A DNA stretch of 59,384 nucleotides, the filler included, from Circinaria calcarea (taxonomy: Eukaryota), in the NCBI GenBank assembly GCA_051942165.1. It is 6 parts of 6 records of this genome, joined end to end, with 100 filler letters (N's around TTAATTAATTAA, not from the genome) between each part and the next. Parts side by side here need not be neighbours in the genome. Positions count along the whole stretch, not along the records: positions 19,877 to 29,694 come from JAVECS010000885.1; positions 29,795 to 39,604 come from JAVECS010000886.1; 4 more parts are not named here. One strand, 5' to 3'. The position numbers were made by a program, and so were the translations under genes. The notes below the pieces were generated by a model. That model was given only the letters and a program-made list of their open reading frames with translations. It made no database searches and was not told where the DNA came from. Shown here in pieces: positions 22,553-35,800 of the stretch. The stretch's first letter is position 1; each line of letters starts with the position of its first letter.

Positions 22553-24014
22553 TCACAGGCTTCGAAGTGCTGGATCGATCCGACTCTCCAGGTCGTCTTC
22601 CTCCATCCAATCGGCTGGAGCCTCTTCTTGCTCGGGTGCTTGTAGATGAAAGGGAGGTACAGGAGGTAGAGGGACGAGAGGGGCAGGAGCGGGGACGAGA
22701 CCCGGAACGGCGAGAAGATCAGGCGGAGGACCCAAAACGGCGAAAGGGGAAGGCGGAGGACCCAAAACCGGGGCAGGAGCGGGAGCAGAGGCGGTGGTAG
22801 CGACACGACGCCGTGAGGGTAACGGCGCCCCGCTGCGCTTCTTCGTGTAGACACAGGGTACCCCGGCCCTGGTACAGGCGGCGCAGTCTGGCTTTCCTGT
22901 GTTGCACGCATAGTGCTTTGAACGACCTAAAAACCAGTTACAGCGTCAGTAACTTAAACATACATCTTCGTGCGGATGCTGTCAGCTTACACCGTTCACA
23001 TGTCAGCCGATATTCTCCGGTGCTGGTCCGCCTTGCGTAACCGGAGTCTAAGATTAATCAGTGAGTGAGCCGTTGTGTGAAGGAACTGAGTAAGTGAACG
23101 AACTTTTCTGGACCTTTCCAACGCGGGTATACTGGGACGCTGGGACTTGGCTGAGCCGGATGGCTGGCTCGTGCACCTCCTGTTGCAGCCTTTCCGTCGT
23201 CGTCGGTCCACTTACGACTGTCGGTGACACCTCCACGCTGGGGTCAGTGTCTCTAGGAGCATATCCCAACGGCCATGGAGTCAGAGGGCGGTAAGGATTC
23301 TGGACCGCGTCTCTTGGAGCGTACGGATAGGGCGAAGGAGCCAGAGGGGCCGTATCTTGCAGCTGGGTGGTCTGTGGTGAGGATGCTCCTTGAGAGAGGG
23401 GGTTGGGACTAGGGGGAAGGCTGTAGGCGGGCTGATGCTGTTGAAATGCCTAAACCTATTAACGGATTTCTTAGATGTCGGTTAAAAGGATCCTTACTCT
23501 TTGTTGCTGGAAAACCTGCGAGTTCTGGGATGGCCCAGCAGTACCAATTAGATTCGAAGGAGCAGTAAAACCTGCAAACCTCTGATACCCGTACGGCATC
23601 TAGTCTCATTAGCAGGCGCCTTGCATGATAGTTCAAGTCACTCCTTACCGTTTGGTGAAGCAAGAAGTCATTGTTCTGGCTCTGCTCACGGGGAGTTTGA
23701 CTCCGCTCAAGGGGATTCTGGCTCTGTTAGGATTGGTTCTGTGTTAACCTTACCTCCGTAGGACTTGGCACGGCAGGAGTCGGTACCGTAGGATTTGGTA
23801 CAGCAGCAATTGCTGCTGCACGGCGTTCTGCCCTTCGGGCAGCTCTTGCCATCCTGTCAGCCGCCACTTGAGTCGCCTCCCTCCGAGCTGTTGCCATGTT
23901 GTTTACTGCAACCAAATGATTCGCTGCTTGACGCGTCCTTGTTGATTTACCGATATCTTGCAACCATCCTTCATCTTTTCTTTCTGGAGTTACATCTCTC
24001 TTAGGGTCAGTCAT
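22553..24014 (-). CDS. Putative Zn(II)2Cys6 binuclear-cluster protein with an internal DNA-binding domain and Pro-rich flanks (multi-exon; 5' exons tentative)
   Basis: Removing intron 22990-22927 (GTAAGC...TTTTAG) gives TCERCRSKHYACNTGKPDCAACTRAGVPCVY = CX2CX6CX6CX2CX6C, in frame with ORF 22553..22765 (ends IDPALRSL*). Upstream ORF pieces 23054..23269 and 23727..24014 have plausible GT/AG borders. Confidence 0.75.
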
Positions 24015-24167
24015 GGTGCACAAACTTTTTGGATGGATTGGGAGGCTAATGTGTCGAGTTATTGAGATACCCAAAGACTTGGTCGCAGATGTCAAGTAGT
24101 GGAGCTCAGAACAGATATAACCAGACGGATGTCATGAAGGTGAGATGAAAAATTCGAGTGTTCTGGG

Positions 24168-24292
24168 AGAGGTAATCAACTTGGTGGTAGTGTCCGGGCA
24201 CCAATGTAGATAGGAGGTAATCAACTTGATGGTAATGTCTGAGCAGTGTAGATAGGAGGTAATCAATCTGACGATATGTCTGAGCACCGATG
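24168..24292. repeat. Degenerate tandem repeat, about 3 copies of a 42-45 bp unit (…ggaggtaatcaacttg.tggta.tgtc.g.gca…)
   Basis: gaggtaatcaa occurs three times at near-regular spacing, just upstream of the Zn2Cys6 gene start. Confidence 0.75.
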
Positions 24293-24533
24293 GAGGAAGT
24301 GTTGTGGATACTGGAAAAGTTGAGTCTGGCGTTCTCATCAGATATAAAGAGCAACACAAAACAACGCGTGAATGTGAATGAAATGGGTCCCTCTCGCTAC
24401 GCCTTACAGCTCATGAAGCTACCCGGAGTATATAATGGACCGGATGTGATAGGGACCAAGTGTTGCTAGCTATAGAAATACATCCGAGGTACCGTCACCG
24501 AAACCAGGCTGCCATCGCCAGACCATAGCCTCT

Positions 24534-25178
24534 TCATCCAGCAGCAGGATTCGCATGTACCGTGACATCCTTGATCGCAATTCTCTTTTTCGGTCGCCCT
24601 TTAGCATCCACATCGACAGCCTCTATCCTATCCAAGACGTTTTCGCCACCGAGCACCCTTCCAAAGACAGTGTTTTTTCCATCTAGATGGGGCGCTGGTG
24701 CAAAGCACACGAAGAACTGGCTTCCATTCGTGAAAGGTCCCTTGTTCGCCATGCTGACGATGCCCCTTGCATTATGGCGCAGAGTCGGGGGGATCTCGTC
24801 TTCGAACGGTTCGTTCCATATCGAAGTAGAGGTCTTTGTGGATGAAGAGCCAGGCGACCCGGTTTGAAACATGAAAGAGGGAATCAATCGGTGAATGGGG
24901 GAGTCATTGTAAAAAGAAGAAGCGCAGAGGGCGAGAAAGTTCTGTAGTCCGCAGAAGTCTCTTAGCATCATTGATGAGAGTTAAGGGGTCAGGATCACCG
25001 GGGGAAGCTCACTTCTGCAGTTTTAGGAACGGCTTCGCAGAAAACCTCGATCTTAAGGTCACCGAGGTCAGTGTGTAACTAATACGGACTGATATCAGCT
25101 CTGGAACATTATCAAAGGAGAATGGATGATCTTATTGGGATAGCTTCCTTGCGGAAAAAAACATACGGTCACGGACAT
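24534..25178 (-). CDS. cyp10: Peptidyl-prolyl cis-trans isomerase-like 3 (cyclophilin PPIL3/Cyp10), 3 exons
   Basis: MSVT|LHTDLGDLKIEVFCEAVPKTAE|NFLALCAS..Y....HRLIP.FMFQTG; HNARGIVSMANKGP.TNGSQFF; HLDGKNTVFGRV. Confidence 0.9.
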
Positions 25179-26970
25179 GACTCGACTTAGCAGTCCCCGT
25201 CATCTCAAACCTGAAAAGATAACATGATTCATAGTAGCTCATATATCAGTCACAAAGAGAGAGACATTGGTATGAACCGCAGTCCTCCATAGAGCGGGAG
25301 AGAAGGGATGGTAGTATATCAGCGGCGAACTTTCCCGCATGCCCATCTGGCCCGGCGCCGGCGCCGGCGCCGGCCTCTCACCCTAACCTCGAGTTAGATT
25401 AGCGGCCTATTCAAGCCCACTGGGATTAGCTTACGTCTTACCATATCAGGTGGTATAGATACACTATTACACTCCTCATCTGGGCTTGCATGAAGGACCG
25501 AGCCACTTATTGGTTCAAGAGAGACTGAATCTCCTAGGGAATGACTCAAGATCGACCCTACAAGTGCATCTCGAGTATCTTTTGTCTTATGTCTGCTAAA
25601 GAGCGCTTCGATACGACCTCACATATAGACTCTGCCGCATTGATTATTCTTAGAGACCTGGGAGTTCATTGCTGAACGTGTGAATGTACTGCTGGCAACC
25701 GGAATCTACATGGGTAGCGCTCGATAGGGTAGATGTAGGGGTGTTTGGTTTCGCGTGTGTCTCATGTTTTAGCTTACCGTTTTGTCAATTGATCGAATTG
25801 ATCGGTTCTTCGTCGGGCTTCTTCTAACGAGTATACGTATCATGTGATGTCTCCTAGCAGCCTTTGTGATCTCTGAGATTTCCAAGGCAACCCATTCCAG
25901 CAAGCGCGATCTCGAGTCAGAAAATCGATCTGAGGCTGTGCCCATCGGATATAACTGTCCTTGTCTATAGTTATAATTTTCTCTTGTTCATGAAGTTACA
26001 GTTCGAGTCAAAACCCTATCATATACTTCGACTTTAACGGTAGTTATATACCTCAGTTGTCTTCACCGCCCCGGTACCTTGTCATCCACACGGGAGAAAA
26101 CCTTCTTCCATCAAGGCAGCTATCTTGCCATGTACAGATCTCCACCACCCAAATTTCAGCTTCAGACTAGTCCACCAAAATAACGAGTCCCAACTATCAA
26201 ATCCTCTTATCGGCAGCCAGACCCGTTGTTTTCCCCTTTAGGTGGTCGTCCACACGGTAATCTAAGATATTCGGCAGAACCCAAGCACCGAGATGCCTTC
26301 TATGTCAATGTGGATGACCATGTGCAGATTAGCTGAGTTGGAAAATTTGTGCTGCAATGCCACCTCAATTGTGGTTTCCACTTCCCCAATGGAATTCCAG
26401 ACCAGTAGTAGTCAGGACCTGCTGTCGGTGGTTGCACTTGACGGATTAGACTATTAAGAGCACGCGAAGGTTAGCATTTAATGGCACCTTGTCAGATTGT
26501 CAGTGGATGAGATGTCATGCTCTTCCTTTCTTCTTTGGAGAAGTAGATGCGGAAGCCTTGCCATAATTCTCTCGAAATCCTTCAACGTTATCGCGTATTT
26601 ACCCTAAGGCTGCATGGCCCATAGGGCTGGCTGCAGGCTCCAGAAGTCCCGAAATCGACTAGACTCCGACGTAGTCCAAGTCGACGCAATGTTCCGCATC
26701 ACAAAAGAATTGACAGCAACAAAGACGAACCACCTATTGCCCTTCTCATCACGATCCTCCAATCGAGCCCACCACAGCCTTTACGTATTTCATTCTAGAG
26801 CGCGAACACTGCCATCAATACGGAGGTTCCGGTCATCTCTGTGCTCATGTTGAAAAGGTAAAAGACACCGAACCAACGACCTGGTCTGGCAGTAGCATTG
26901 ATGCCGCGTCCCTGGAGGCAATCCCCTGCGTTATGGACGGGTTGAGACCACTCCATCCTCGTTTGACATC

Positions 26971-28231
26971 ATGACGGCGTTTGTGCGGATCGTCAGCCAA
27001 GTGCCCAATCAACATATGCTCGTGGGCTTCCCCGGCATAAGCGCTACCCTCCCGCGACTCGAGGGCAAAGTCGAAATCAGACCCAGCGCGGGCATATCCG
27101 CGCCTGTCTCTGTTTCCCTTGTCACCATCTCCCTCCAGCGCCGAGAAACCATCCATCCGTCTGCTGATTCCGTTACCAAAAAACACCTGGCTGCGCCACG
27201 GAAAGAAGTCATAGATGTAGTGGGCAAGGAGATGCTCTTGTTCCGCTGTCCGGCTGGGAAGGAGTCTGAAGACGTCATTGCAATGGACTTGCCTTTTGTC
27301 TTGTTCATACCATTTGGTAGAGGAGGGGAGGAAATGGCGCGGAGGGTGCCTCCAGCAAGTCTGCAATTGCCAAGTCGGACGGCGGAGACTTTCTATGAAA
27401 TGGTGGTCATGGTGCAGCAAGGCCACACGGAGCAGAAGAAATACGCATTTCCGGTCCCGATAACGCGCTACGACACTCTTTCTACCTTCGGCATGTACAA
27501 TCGCCCTGAATCTGCTGAACGAATAACAGATCATTTGGTCACCCTGGGGATATCATTACCACGGTGGTCGTATGGGCCATTGGATCCCATCACAGTCTAC
27601 ATCAAATTATCACCCAACCCGGATTGGCTCACTAAGGCGAAAAAGGTCACGATACAGAAGATTACGATTGGCATCGATGAGGAAATAGTCTATAACCATG
27701 AGGGTGACGAACCACAACGGAAAGTCAAAACCTTGGCGAAGCAGACGCAAACGGTAGGAGTGAAGTTGCCCGAAGCGGGCTACTTTACCAACCTAGGGTT
27801 GGTATTCCCCGCGAAAGACCAGCGAGACCACGCTGGGATATTACCAAGGAGAAATCCGGCATTCCCAATATACTCTGTCAGTGGTTTTACGACCACGGGA
27901 AGTCTCTACAAAATAGAGTACTACCTAACGGTAAAGGTATGCAACTATCGAAACTCTCCAGCCAGAACTAGCTACTAACCACCCACAGGCCCACATGACC
28001 TCCGCCAAAGACATCCTTCTCCGCCAACCAATCGTAGTCTGCCCCCTCGACCACGCGGGCTGCAAGCAGGAAATGGCCGCCATCGAGCAAGCGGCCAAAG
28101 ATGCCGCCCACGTCAACGCAGACAACCCTATGCTCCCTGCGCCTACGATCATTCGGATGTATGACTACAACGCTCTGCATGCGCTGGGTATGACGATGGT
28201 GGGCAATACAAGGAAACCTCTGATCGAATGA
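26971..28231 (+). CDS. Conserved fungal arrestin-fold-like protein (one intron near 27937-27989)
   Basis: 335-aa ORF plus in-frame last exon. LVGFPGISATLPR.EG.VEIR, MDLPFVLFIP, PPASL, PITRYDTLSTFGMYN and YKIEYYLTVK resemble a conserved family usually annotated as arrestin-domain. Confidence 0.7.
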
Positions 28232-29008
28232 GAAAACAGGCCGTCTACCGTTGTGACTGCAAACCTGCATTGTGGGGTAATGAATGGGACGATGCCACGG
28301 CCTGGAGGACGGGTATGGTCTCGAGGTGAATCGGAGGATTTTTCGGCGCTTTCGGCGCTTGCGTTTACGTTTGAGCATTTCCCGCGCGTCAGGTGGACAG
28401 GAGTGAAGGGGCGTTGGCAAACAGGGTACCATCTGTGGGAACTCTGGTGGGGTGGGGTGTATTGATAGTCTCGAGTTCCGATAAACTTGTGCGGAGCTTG
28501 CTAGGCATGGTGGGTGAATTAATAGCCAAGTGACGGGCTAACGGGCCAACGACTTGAGGAAAGGAAAAGATGTCGGATCTTGAGGAATAGACAATGCTAG
28601 GCAGGACAAGATACCATGCAGCATACAAAGGCTCGAGAGTTATATTCGTGAGAACGAGGTTACCTGCCCATACCCTATCGTCAGAGGCATATACGCAAAA
28701 GGGAGCTGTGCCGTCTAAACTTTTGGTCACTTTCTTTCTATCTATCCAGACATGTTTATCGCATTTCACTGTGGATGTTCACATAAAAATGGGAACGTAA
28801 ATTTTAAATTTTTTGAACGACAATTTCACAGTGCAGAAAGAGAGGACCGTCAACTCTCAACTTCTGACGTCCGGTTCAAAAGTATAAAGGCATCATCAAC
28901 GCCGTGGCATCATCTATCATCCTCCCTCCTTCTCTGTCCCTCATCCTCGGTTTATTCTTCTTTCCATTTACCCTGGTCTTTCAGTTCCCTCTTCGCATCA
29001 GAGATCCA

Positions 29009-29694
29009 TCAAGCCTTTAACATGCCGTCATTTCGAGGGCGGTACTCCGGGCACTTCTCCATTCGAGCTTTGACGGATGGATGGAATTCGGCCCCATCTG
29101 GAATATCACGGGTCCCGGCCATGTTGGGCGGGAAATAGATGTGGCGCCACTGGCCCTGAATGAGCTCCAGACGTTTGAAAAACGGCAGCCATTCTACGGT
29201 ACCGGTAGCATGTCAGCGGGTTTCAGGACAAAATGGCTAGACGGATGATAGTATGATTTCGCCATCTTACCGAGAAGATGCCAGAAGAACGTTGACGTCC
29301 ACGACGCGCCACCGCCGAACCTCAATGTATCATGCATCTTCGCCGTGACGGCGTGGTCGATATTCTTGTGGAAGTTATCCAGGAAAACGTCATGATGTTC
29401 GTTCCAAGCAATCTGATCTGCGGGATGCTTCAACGGTAAAGCGTCCAGTTCACTGATCATCCATTCTAGAGCGAGGTCGCTCAGCTGCAGAGGATCTTTG
29501 GCTTCTTCAACAGCCGTGTTACCTTCCGCGAGCCATCCGCCACCAACATCTCCATGATTTCCCGGGAAGAAGACTTCCTTAATGTCTTCTTCTTTTTTCC
29601 GAGCCTGTCTCTTGTCTTGGTGGAGTAGAGCGGGCCGGAACTTGGCCCGACGCTCATCAATTGATACAGCATGGCGAATGTGTGTTGCGGTTTT
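29009..29694 (-). CDS. DUF2235 (Tle1-like alpha/beta-hydrolase) protein, 5' truncated at contig edge
   Basis: Manual translation: HIRHAVSIDERRAKFRPAL...EVFFPGNHGDVGGGW...LSDLALEWMISE; last exon ...TRDIPDGAEFHPSV..RM....YRPRN; stop at 29011-29009. Confidence 0.85.
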
Positions 29695-29794
29695 NNNNNN
29701 NNNNNNNNNNNNNNNNNNNNNNNNNNNNNNNNNNNNNNTTAATTAATTAANNNNNNNNNNNNNNNNNNNNNNNNNNNNNNNNNNNNNNNNNNNN
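29695..29794. other. Artificial contig spacer
   Basis: N44-TTAATTAATTAA-N44. Confidence 0.98.
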
Positions 29795-30180
29795 TCCTAC
29801 TATGGGTTGGTCCCATTGCAAGGCATGTACTCTGCATGTACATTAGGTTTTTCCCTTTAGCTGTCATAGTACTTGGCACCTAGGGTGGCTCTGGATGGGG
29901 GCTTTGCAACCTTAGATGTAAATAGGTTTATTTCACTTTCATTTATTACCCTACGGTCGTGGCGTCCGGAGCATTGTTGCCTTGAGCATTCGGCATCAGG
30001 GCTTGCATCGAAGAAACAAGCGCTGTACTCTCGATAGGAGCAATGAACTGTGTTCGTATTACTCATTGATTTTATACACATCGTTGCGGCAAGTCCCATG
30101 TCAACAACAGGGCAAGCCACACTGCGTCTAACATATCAAGTTTCAAAAAGTACTCGATGGCTGGCTTCACCAATACTTTT

Positions 30181-30666
30181 TCAGTTACAGGGTCTGTTCC
30201 TTCCCATCACTGCTTTCTCGTACTCCTCGATCTTGATTGCTCCCGCGGACCACACCATCACAGCTTGGACCCAGATTACAGTCGAAGCCCTCGTGTTTCC
30301 AGGCCTTTTGCCAATCTGTGTTCGTTCCCCATCATTAGGGTCCACGTATCCGATAACATTGACCCACTCCCCAGTTTGCGTGTCCGTCGCTTTCAGACTA
30401 GAGAGTAGTAAGTTTACATCAACCATTGCCGTCACCTCCGGTACCGATCCCGTGGCAATGGCAGGTGGCGGGTAAGTATGCCGGAGGTCCAACATCCCGG
30501 TTGGAGTAGAGTATTTGGTCACACTGTAAGTGAAAGATGAGCACCGCCACTTCAGATTAGAAGAAGGAAGTATCAACCAGCCTAAGAAGCGAACTTTCGA
30601 ACCAGGTGGGATGGAGGGTAAATCGCTGAGGAAGACGAGAGCTGTCGGGAGTGGACCATGGCTCAT
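30181..30666 (-). CDS. TEN1: Telomere-capping CST complex subunit Ten1 (one in-frame intron)
   Basis: GPLPT..VFLSDL.....GSKVRFLG(C)V..Y...TG.L.L.H, VDV.LLL, GEWVNVIGYV, VQAVM.WSAG match the fungal Ten1 OB-fold pattern. Confidence 0.85.
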   Translation of the reverse strand: MSHGPLPTALVFLSDLPSIPPGSKVRFLGWLILPSSNLKWRCSSFTYSVTKYSTPTGMLDLRHTYPPPAIATGSVPEVTAMVDVNLLLSSLKATDTQTGEWVNVIGYVDPNDGERTQIGKRPGNTRASTVIWVQAVMVWSAGAIKIEEYEKAVMGRNRPCN

Positions 30667-31216
30667 GCTGCGATGAAGATTCTGTATTGCATCCTCGGGG
30701 CAAAACACGACGTCTACGGTCTGGATTTACAGGTAGAGAGATGGTTACAGTAGTATTGGTATGGTGAAGTCGGGCAACAACTGCTCCGTAGCCCTAAATT
30801 CTGTCGGCCGTTGTTGCGTAGCTAAAAGGCGTATCACGTGTTGCTGCGAGTGGATAAGCTCCGACTATGTCATAGGCTACCTAATCGTTGCGACCATTGT
30901 TCTCCGATAGCCAAGGCATCAAATAAACGGGTAGTCCAACACTACGTGGGGAGATTTACACAAGTTGAGCTTGCACGATCTTGAAGCTCCAGAAGTTAGA
31001 CACATCTGTGAGCCTGTTGAGTGTCTGCTCAACTTTCCTGGCGTATTTCGACCCCGGGGCAGCACCTAGACCGCCCATTACCTAAACCACCGGTCACCAG
31101 GTCTGGAGTCCGCGTCCTCCAGAGCTAATAACAGTTATTCTATTTACTGTTCGTCGATACTTTGTGGCCTCTAGAGCTATCCGGAGGAACGCGTATAAAG
31201 CACAAAGGTTATCAGC

Positions 31217-32224
31217 ATGTGGGGAACATGGTTTGGAGGAAGCGGAGGGCAGAAGAGGAAGGATGCGCCAAAGAAAGCTATCTTGGACCTACGGCAGCAG
31301 CTGGATATGTTGCAAAAGAGGGAGAAACACTTGGAGAACCAGATGGCAGAGCAGGAGGCTATCGCGAGGAAGAACGTCTCGACTAATAAGACTGGTAAGT
31401 GGCATGCTGCCCCTTTACTGGGACGTCCCTACCCGAGGGTCTCCATACTAGACGTTTGCGGCCACTTTTTGGTCCTATACCACAGCTGCCATGGCATCCT
31501 CCGCTTGGTTCAACACAGCAAATGTGGTCCTGATCCGTTGACTAAATTTCTCGATCCCTACAGCTGCCCGAACCGCCCTCAAACGCAAGAAAGCTCACGA
31601 ACACTCGCTCGAACAAACCTCCGCCCAGATCTCCATGCTCGAAAACCAAATTTACTCGATCGAATCCGCCAACATCAATCAAGAGACCCTGCTCGCCATG
31701 AAGAACGCCAGCAAAGCCATGAAAGAGATTCACGGGACCTTGACTATAGACAAGGTAGATGAGATAATGTACGTCTGGGAAAACTTTCCTGTTATCATCA
31801 CTTTACCCCTCTCGAGACTTCTATTGACTGGATTCGTTTGGCAGGGAAGGACTCGGCGATCAAAAGGCCTTGGCCGACGAAATTGGAAACGCCATTGCCA
31901 ACGGTCCACATGCGGGCGAGGCCATCGACGAAGGTGAATTAGAAGACGAGCTCGCGACCTTGGAGCAGGAAGACTTGGACGAGAAGATGTTGAAGACGGG
32001 GACGGTACCGGTGTTACCGACGGGGCCGAATGGAGAACGTACGTGCACCCGACTCTACCCTAGATCTCCTGTCCTGCAATACACCGCTTCTGGGACAGTA
32101 AACCGCATGGCTGACTCCACTTACCACTACAGTCATAGGCAAAGGCAAGACAAAAGCCGCACCGGTCGAGGAAGAAGACGAGGAAGAGGAGCTACGGAAG
32201 CTCCAGGCCGAGATGGCCATGTAA
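31217..32224 (+). CDS. SNF7: ESCRT-III subunit Snf7/Vps32 (4 exons)
   Basis: WFGG....KDAPKKAIL.LR.QLDMLQKREKHLENQ; IESANINQETL.AMKNA; IDEGELEDELATLEQE; C-terminal EEEELRKLQAEMAM*. Confidence 0.95.
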
Positions 32225-32864
32225 CCTCAACCCTACACTTTGCCCCCCCTTTCTTTTTCGTTAGAAACGCGAATTCATCACGTGCACTTGAAGCTAAACC
32301 ACGATACGAATGTACTACGGCGTTTACTCTAGTCACGGGGCATTTTGAAAGCTCACGGCGTTGCTTCCACGATGATATCTGTGAGAAAAAAAAAAATTTC
32401 CGTTTGTAATTTTAAACTAGGGTAGATTTAGCTAGAAGGAAAAGGGGGCAGACAAGTAGGTTTGTCTCATTAAAGCCCTAGCTAAATCATTCCCATATTT
32501 TTTTTGAAAAAAAAGCTCTTCATCTCAAAGAGCATAATCTATGCTTTTTTTTTCGTGTAGTCATGTATGACTGACTGACTGACTGTATGGGGTGCCCCCA
32601 TCATCCTCCGTGTGGTGCAAATGCAGGCAGGCAGGCAAACGCGAGATGGGTCGGTCAGTAATTAGAATAGGTTAGAGTACTGTACCCAAACTCATAATGC
32701 ATGCAGGCAGGATGCCCGCCCCGCCATGAATGCCCGTTGAATGCTGATGCCCCCCCATGTCCTCATGCACAAAAATATTGCGACCGTCAATGCTTTGATC
32801 AAGTGTGCACACACACGAAAGACTTGCCGTCCTTTCATGAAAATCCTAAAAAAAAGAGAGATTT

Positions 32865-35800
32865 TCATGCAGAAGGAAAGGACGGGTTGGGGGATCCGGC
32901 GGGTTGTTCCTTAACTCCCGGAGAGAGCGCCCCCTGTGCTCTCTGTTCCTTGGCCTTTTTGATATCCTTGAGCATTTCCGATAGGGCCTCCATGATGGCT
33001 TTCTCGGGCGGACTGATGGGCTCGCTCGAGGCTGGCTGGTTTCCAAGAACGCGGTTGGTGGCCGACTCGATGACCTTTTCGACGTCCGGGAGGTCGGGCA
33101 TGGACTTGATCATGGCGGCTTTAAACGCGCTGATGGCGTTGAGGACGTCGGGCTCGGGTTCGCTATGGCTGCTGCTGCTGCTGCTGGCCAGAGGTTGCGG
33201 AGCGGAGGCATGACTTTGTGATGGTGGCTGGTAAGCATTGAGTGTGGCTGATGGCTGTGGGTAGTGTCCGGGATGAGGCGGGTGTTGAGTGGCTGTAGGG
33301 AGATTTAGACTCTGGCGAGATGCCTCGCCGGCGACTGCATGAGACGACAGGGCAAAGTGTGAAGGAGGCTGTGATGGAGCCGGGACTGGCGCCTGCGGTA
33401 GCGAGGTAGACTGGTAGGGGGACTGGTAGGTAGAGTTTGTAGAGCTGAGAGGTCTGGCAAACGCAAGTGGAAGGCCATTGAGGTTAGGCTGGAAACTCAT
33501 TTGTGGGGGCTGCATACCGGGTTGCCCTGTGTATGGCTGGAAGCCGGTTTGCAACTGACCGTTAACTGGAATAGCCGACCATGGTTGTGCGTAGTACTGT
33601 GAGGTCGGTGGTGGTTGTCCTCGAACATAGTCCTGTGGCGTATGAACGGGTGGTGAAGTTCTTCTCTTGGTGTGTTTCTCGATCGAAACCGAACGGTCAA
33701 GACCCCACATCCAACCCTTTCCCTCTCGTTCGATCTTGTTGAAAGCTGGATGGCCCGACAGATTGTGACGAATGCTACTCTGCCAGCCTGTGGTTCCAGG
33801 AACGAATTTGAAGTGTGGATAACGCCTCATGACAGCCCGATAGATCTGAGGTAGTGACATAGTCCCAGTAGGAGAGTTACTCAGTACTTCATGGAGGATA
33901 ACCACATAGGACTGAGATGGCTTTCGTAACTGTTCCTCGGTGTAATCTGTTATGTCTCCCCACTCAGGTGAAGGTGACTTTGGGGGCTTGGGCGGCTTTT
34001 TGTCTTTCGGAGGCTTGGATTCCATGGCTGCTGGTACCTCCTTTGGTGTGGCGGATTCTATATTCTCAATCGAATCACGGATGTTAGATGATGTGTCTAG
34101 CTGATCCTCGGCCCTTTTGCGTTTCGTGTATTTTCGCTTGACCATTTTCGCTTCGGGCTGTGGGCTCTTCGCGTTCACAACATTACCGGGCTGGTCGTCG
34201 GTTCCAAGGGTGACTTGGGGTGGCTCGTTTGCTAAAGCTGCTACTCTGGCAGCTTCTTTGGCCTCCCGTGCCTGCTGGGCTAGTTCTCTCTTCGAGACGG
34301 GTCCCTTTGGTGGTCTGCCAGGGCCTTTACGTTTTGGTTGGGCTGGGATGGTTTCCATCTTGGCTTCACTGTTTGATTTCGTTTTAGGCCTCGACTTGGG
34401 TTTCGTCTCCCTTTGAGGCTTGTGTCTCCGCGTGGGTTTGCTAATCACCTCCTGGATTTCTTCATCTTCATTGTTGGCTTCCTCTTCGCTGTCGCTGTCG
34501 TTGTTGAAGGCATCTTTATGTAGAGCACGATTTAGCTTCTCGGCTCCGGCTTCGGCACGCTTGTCTTCCGTCTGCTTAGGGCCATCATTGCCATAGTCTC
34601 CCTCGTTTGGACCTTGGCTGGATCCTTGCCCATCAGTTGAACTGGAGGAGTTAATGCTATCATCATCGACGTCGACAATACTCTCTCCCCTCCCGTCCTC
34701 AAATTCGAAGCTCATTTCACCGACTTCTGATTCCGCAACAACTCCAGGTCCAGTCTCACCCAATGCAATGTTGGGAAGCAAGAATCGCATGGTGACACCA
34801 CCAATCTGAATAACGTCCCCACTCCTTAATTCATGGGTCTCATCTGCTGCAAAGTGCACCTCATTTACCCACAAGCCGTTTCTGCCAAAGACATGCACTT
34901 CAAAAAGTTGCTTCTCGAAATTGTAAGCGATTTTGGCATGGGTCCGCGAGATACCTCCGAACCCAAGTGTACCACGTCCGGCTGATTTGGGTGGATGAAT
35001 CTTTATCATAGGGCATTCATGAGGTGACGGTAAGTGAGAAAGAGCATCAGCAGGAGTGGCGAACCCTGCCAGAGATTGGTCACTTGTTTGAGCTGCCATG
35101 AAACTGAGAGAATTTTTCCGTGATGTTCTGTAAGATGAAGAGCTTGTGGAGTAGGACTTTTCGATTCTCCGTCTCTTCGTTGACCCCACGAGATGCATAT
35201 CAAGACCCATGATACCACCGCTTCCACTAACAATACTGCATGCAATGCTCCGGCTTTTCCTAGACTGTATTCTCCGGGAGGACAGACACGCCTCGCCAGT
35301 ACTGGAACTACGCTTCAGAGGAAGGCTTTCGATTTTGTGTTTCGCTTCGAAATCCTCGCGTTTTGCTAATTTAAACGCCTCGATATCTTTTCCTATCAAC
35401 ACTGCGTAGGTCCTCATAAACTCATCGGCGTCGGCAAATTGCAGCTTGGCAAATGCTGGAAATGCAGGCAAATTTGACTCGGAAGTGGAGTCGCCAGAGG
35501 ACTCCATGTACGGATTCTCGGTCATCGATGTGCCATCCTTGATACACGGTAGCGGTGACGAATCCTCTTCAATGGTCGATATATTGGCATAGTCTTTGAG
35601 TCTCTCCTCCTCATTTGGGATGGGTATATCTCCCAGATGGTTCTCCGAATCGTTTAAGGCTACCACTGGGTTCTTGTTGACCGTGCAACAATCTGCAGGC
35701 GTGTCGTTGGGTTTCAGGCTTGAATATTGCTTGCTGCCGTCGGTCAGATCTTGGAACTGGAACTGAGGGCCGTCTTCTAAAGCCATAAGCAGGGGCTCTG

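Noticed and set aside
22357..22911. ORFs 22357..22800 (+) and 22411..22911 (-) as genes
   Set aside because: Shadow frames of the Zn2Cys6 gene's last exon, which is supported by the cysteine motif in another frame.
25349..25376. (CCGGCG)n palindromic run upstream of the cyclophilin gene
   Set aside because: Short microsatellite; no evidence of function from sequence alone.
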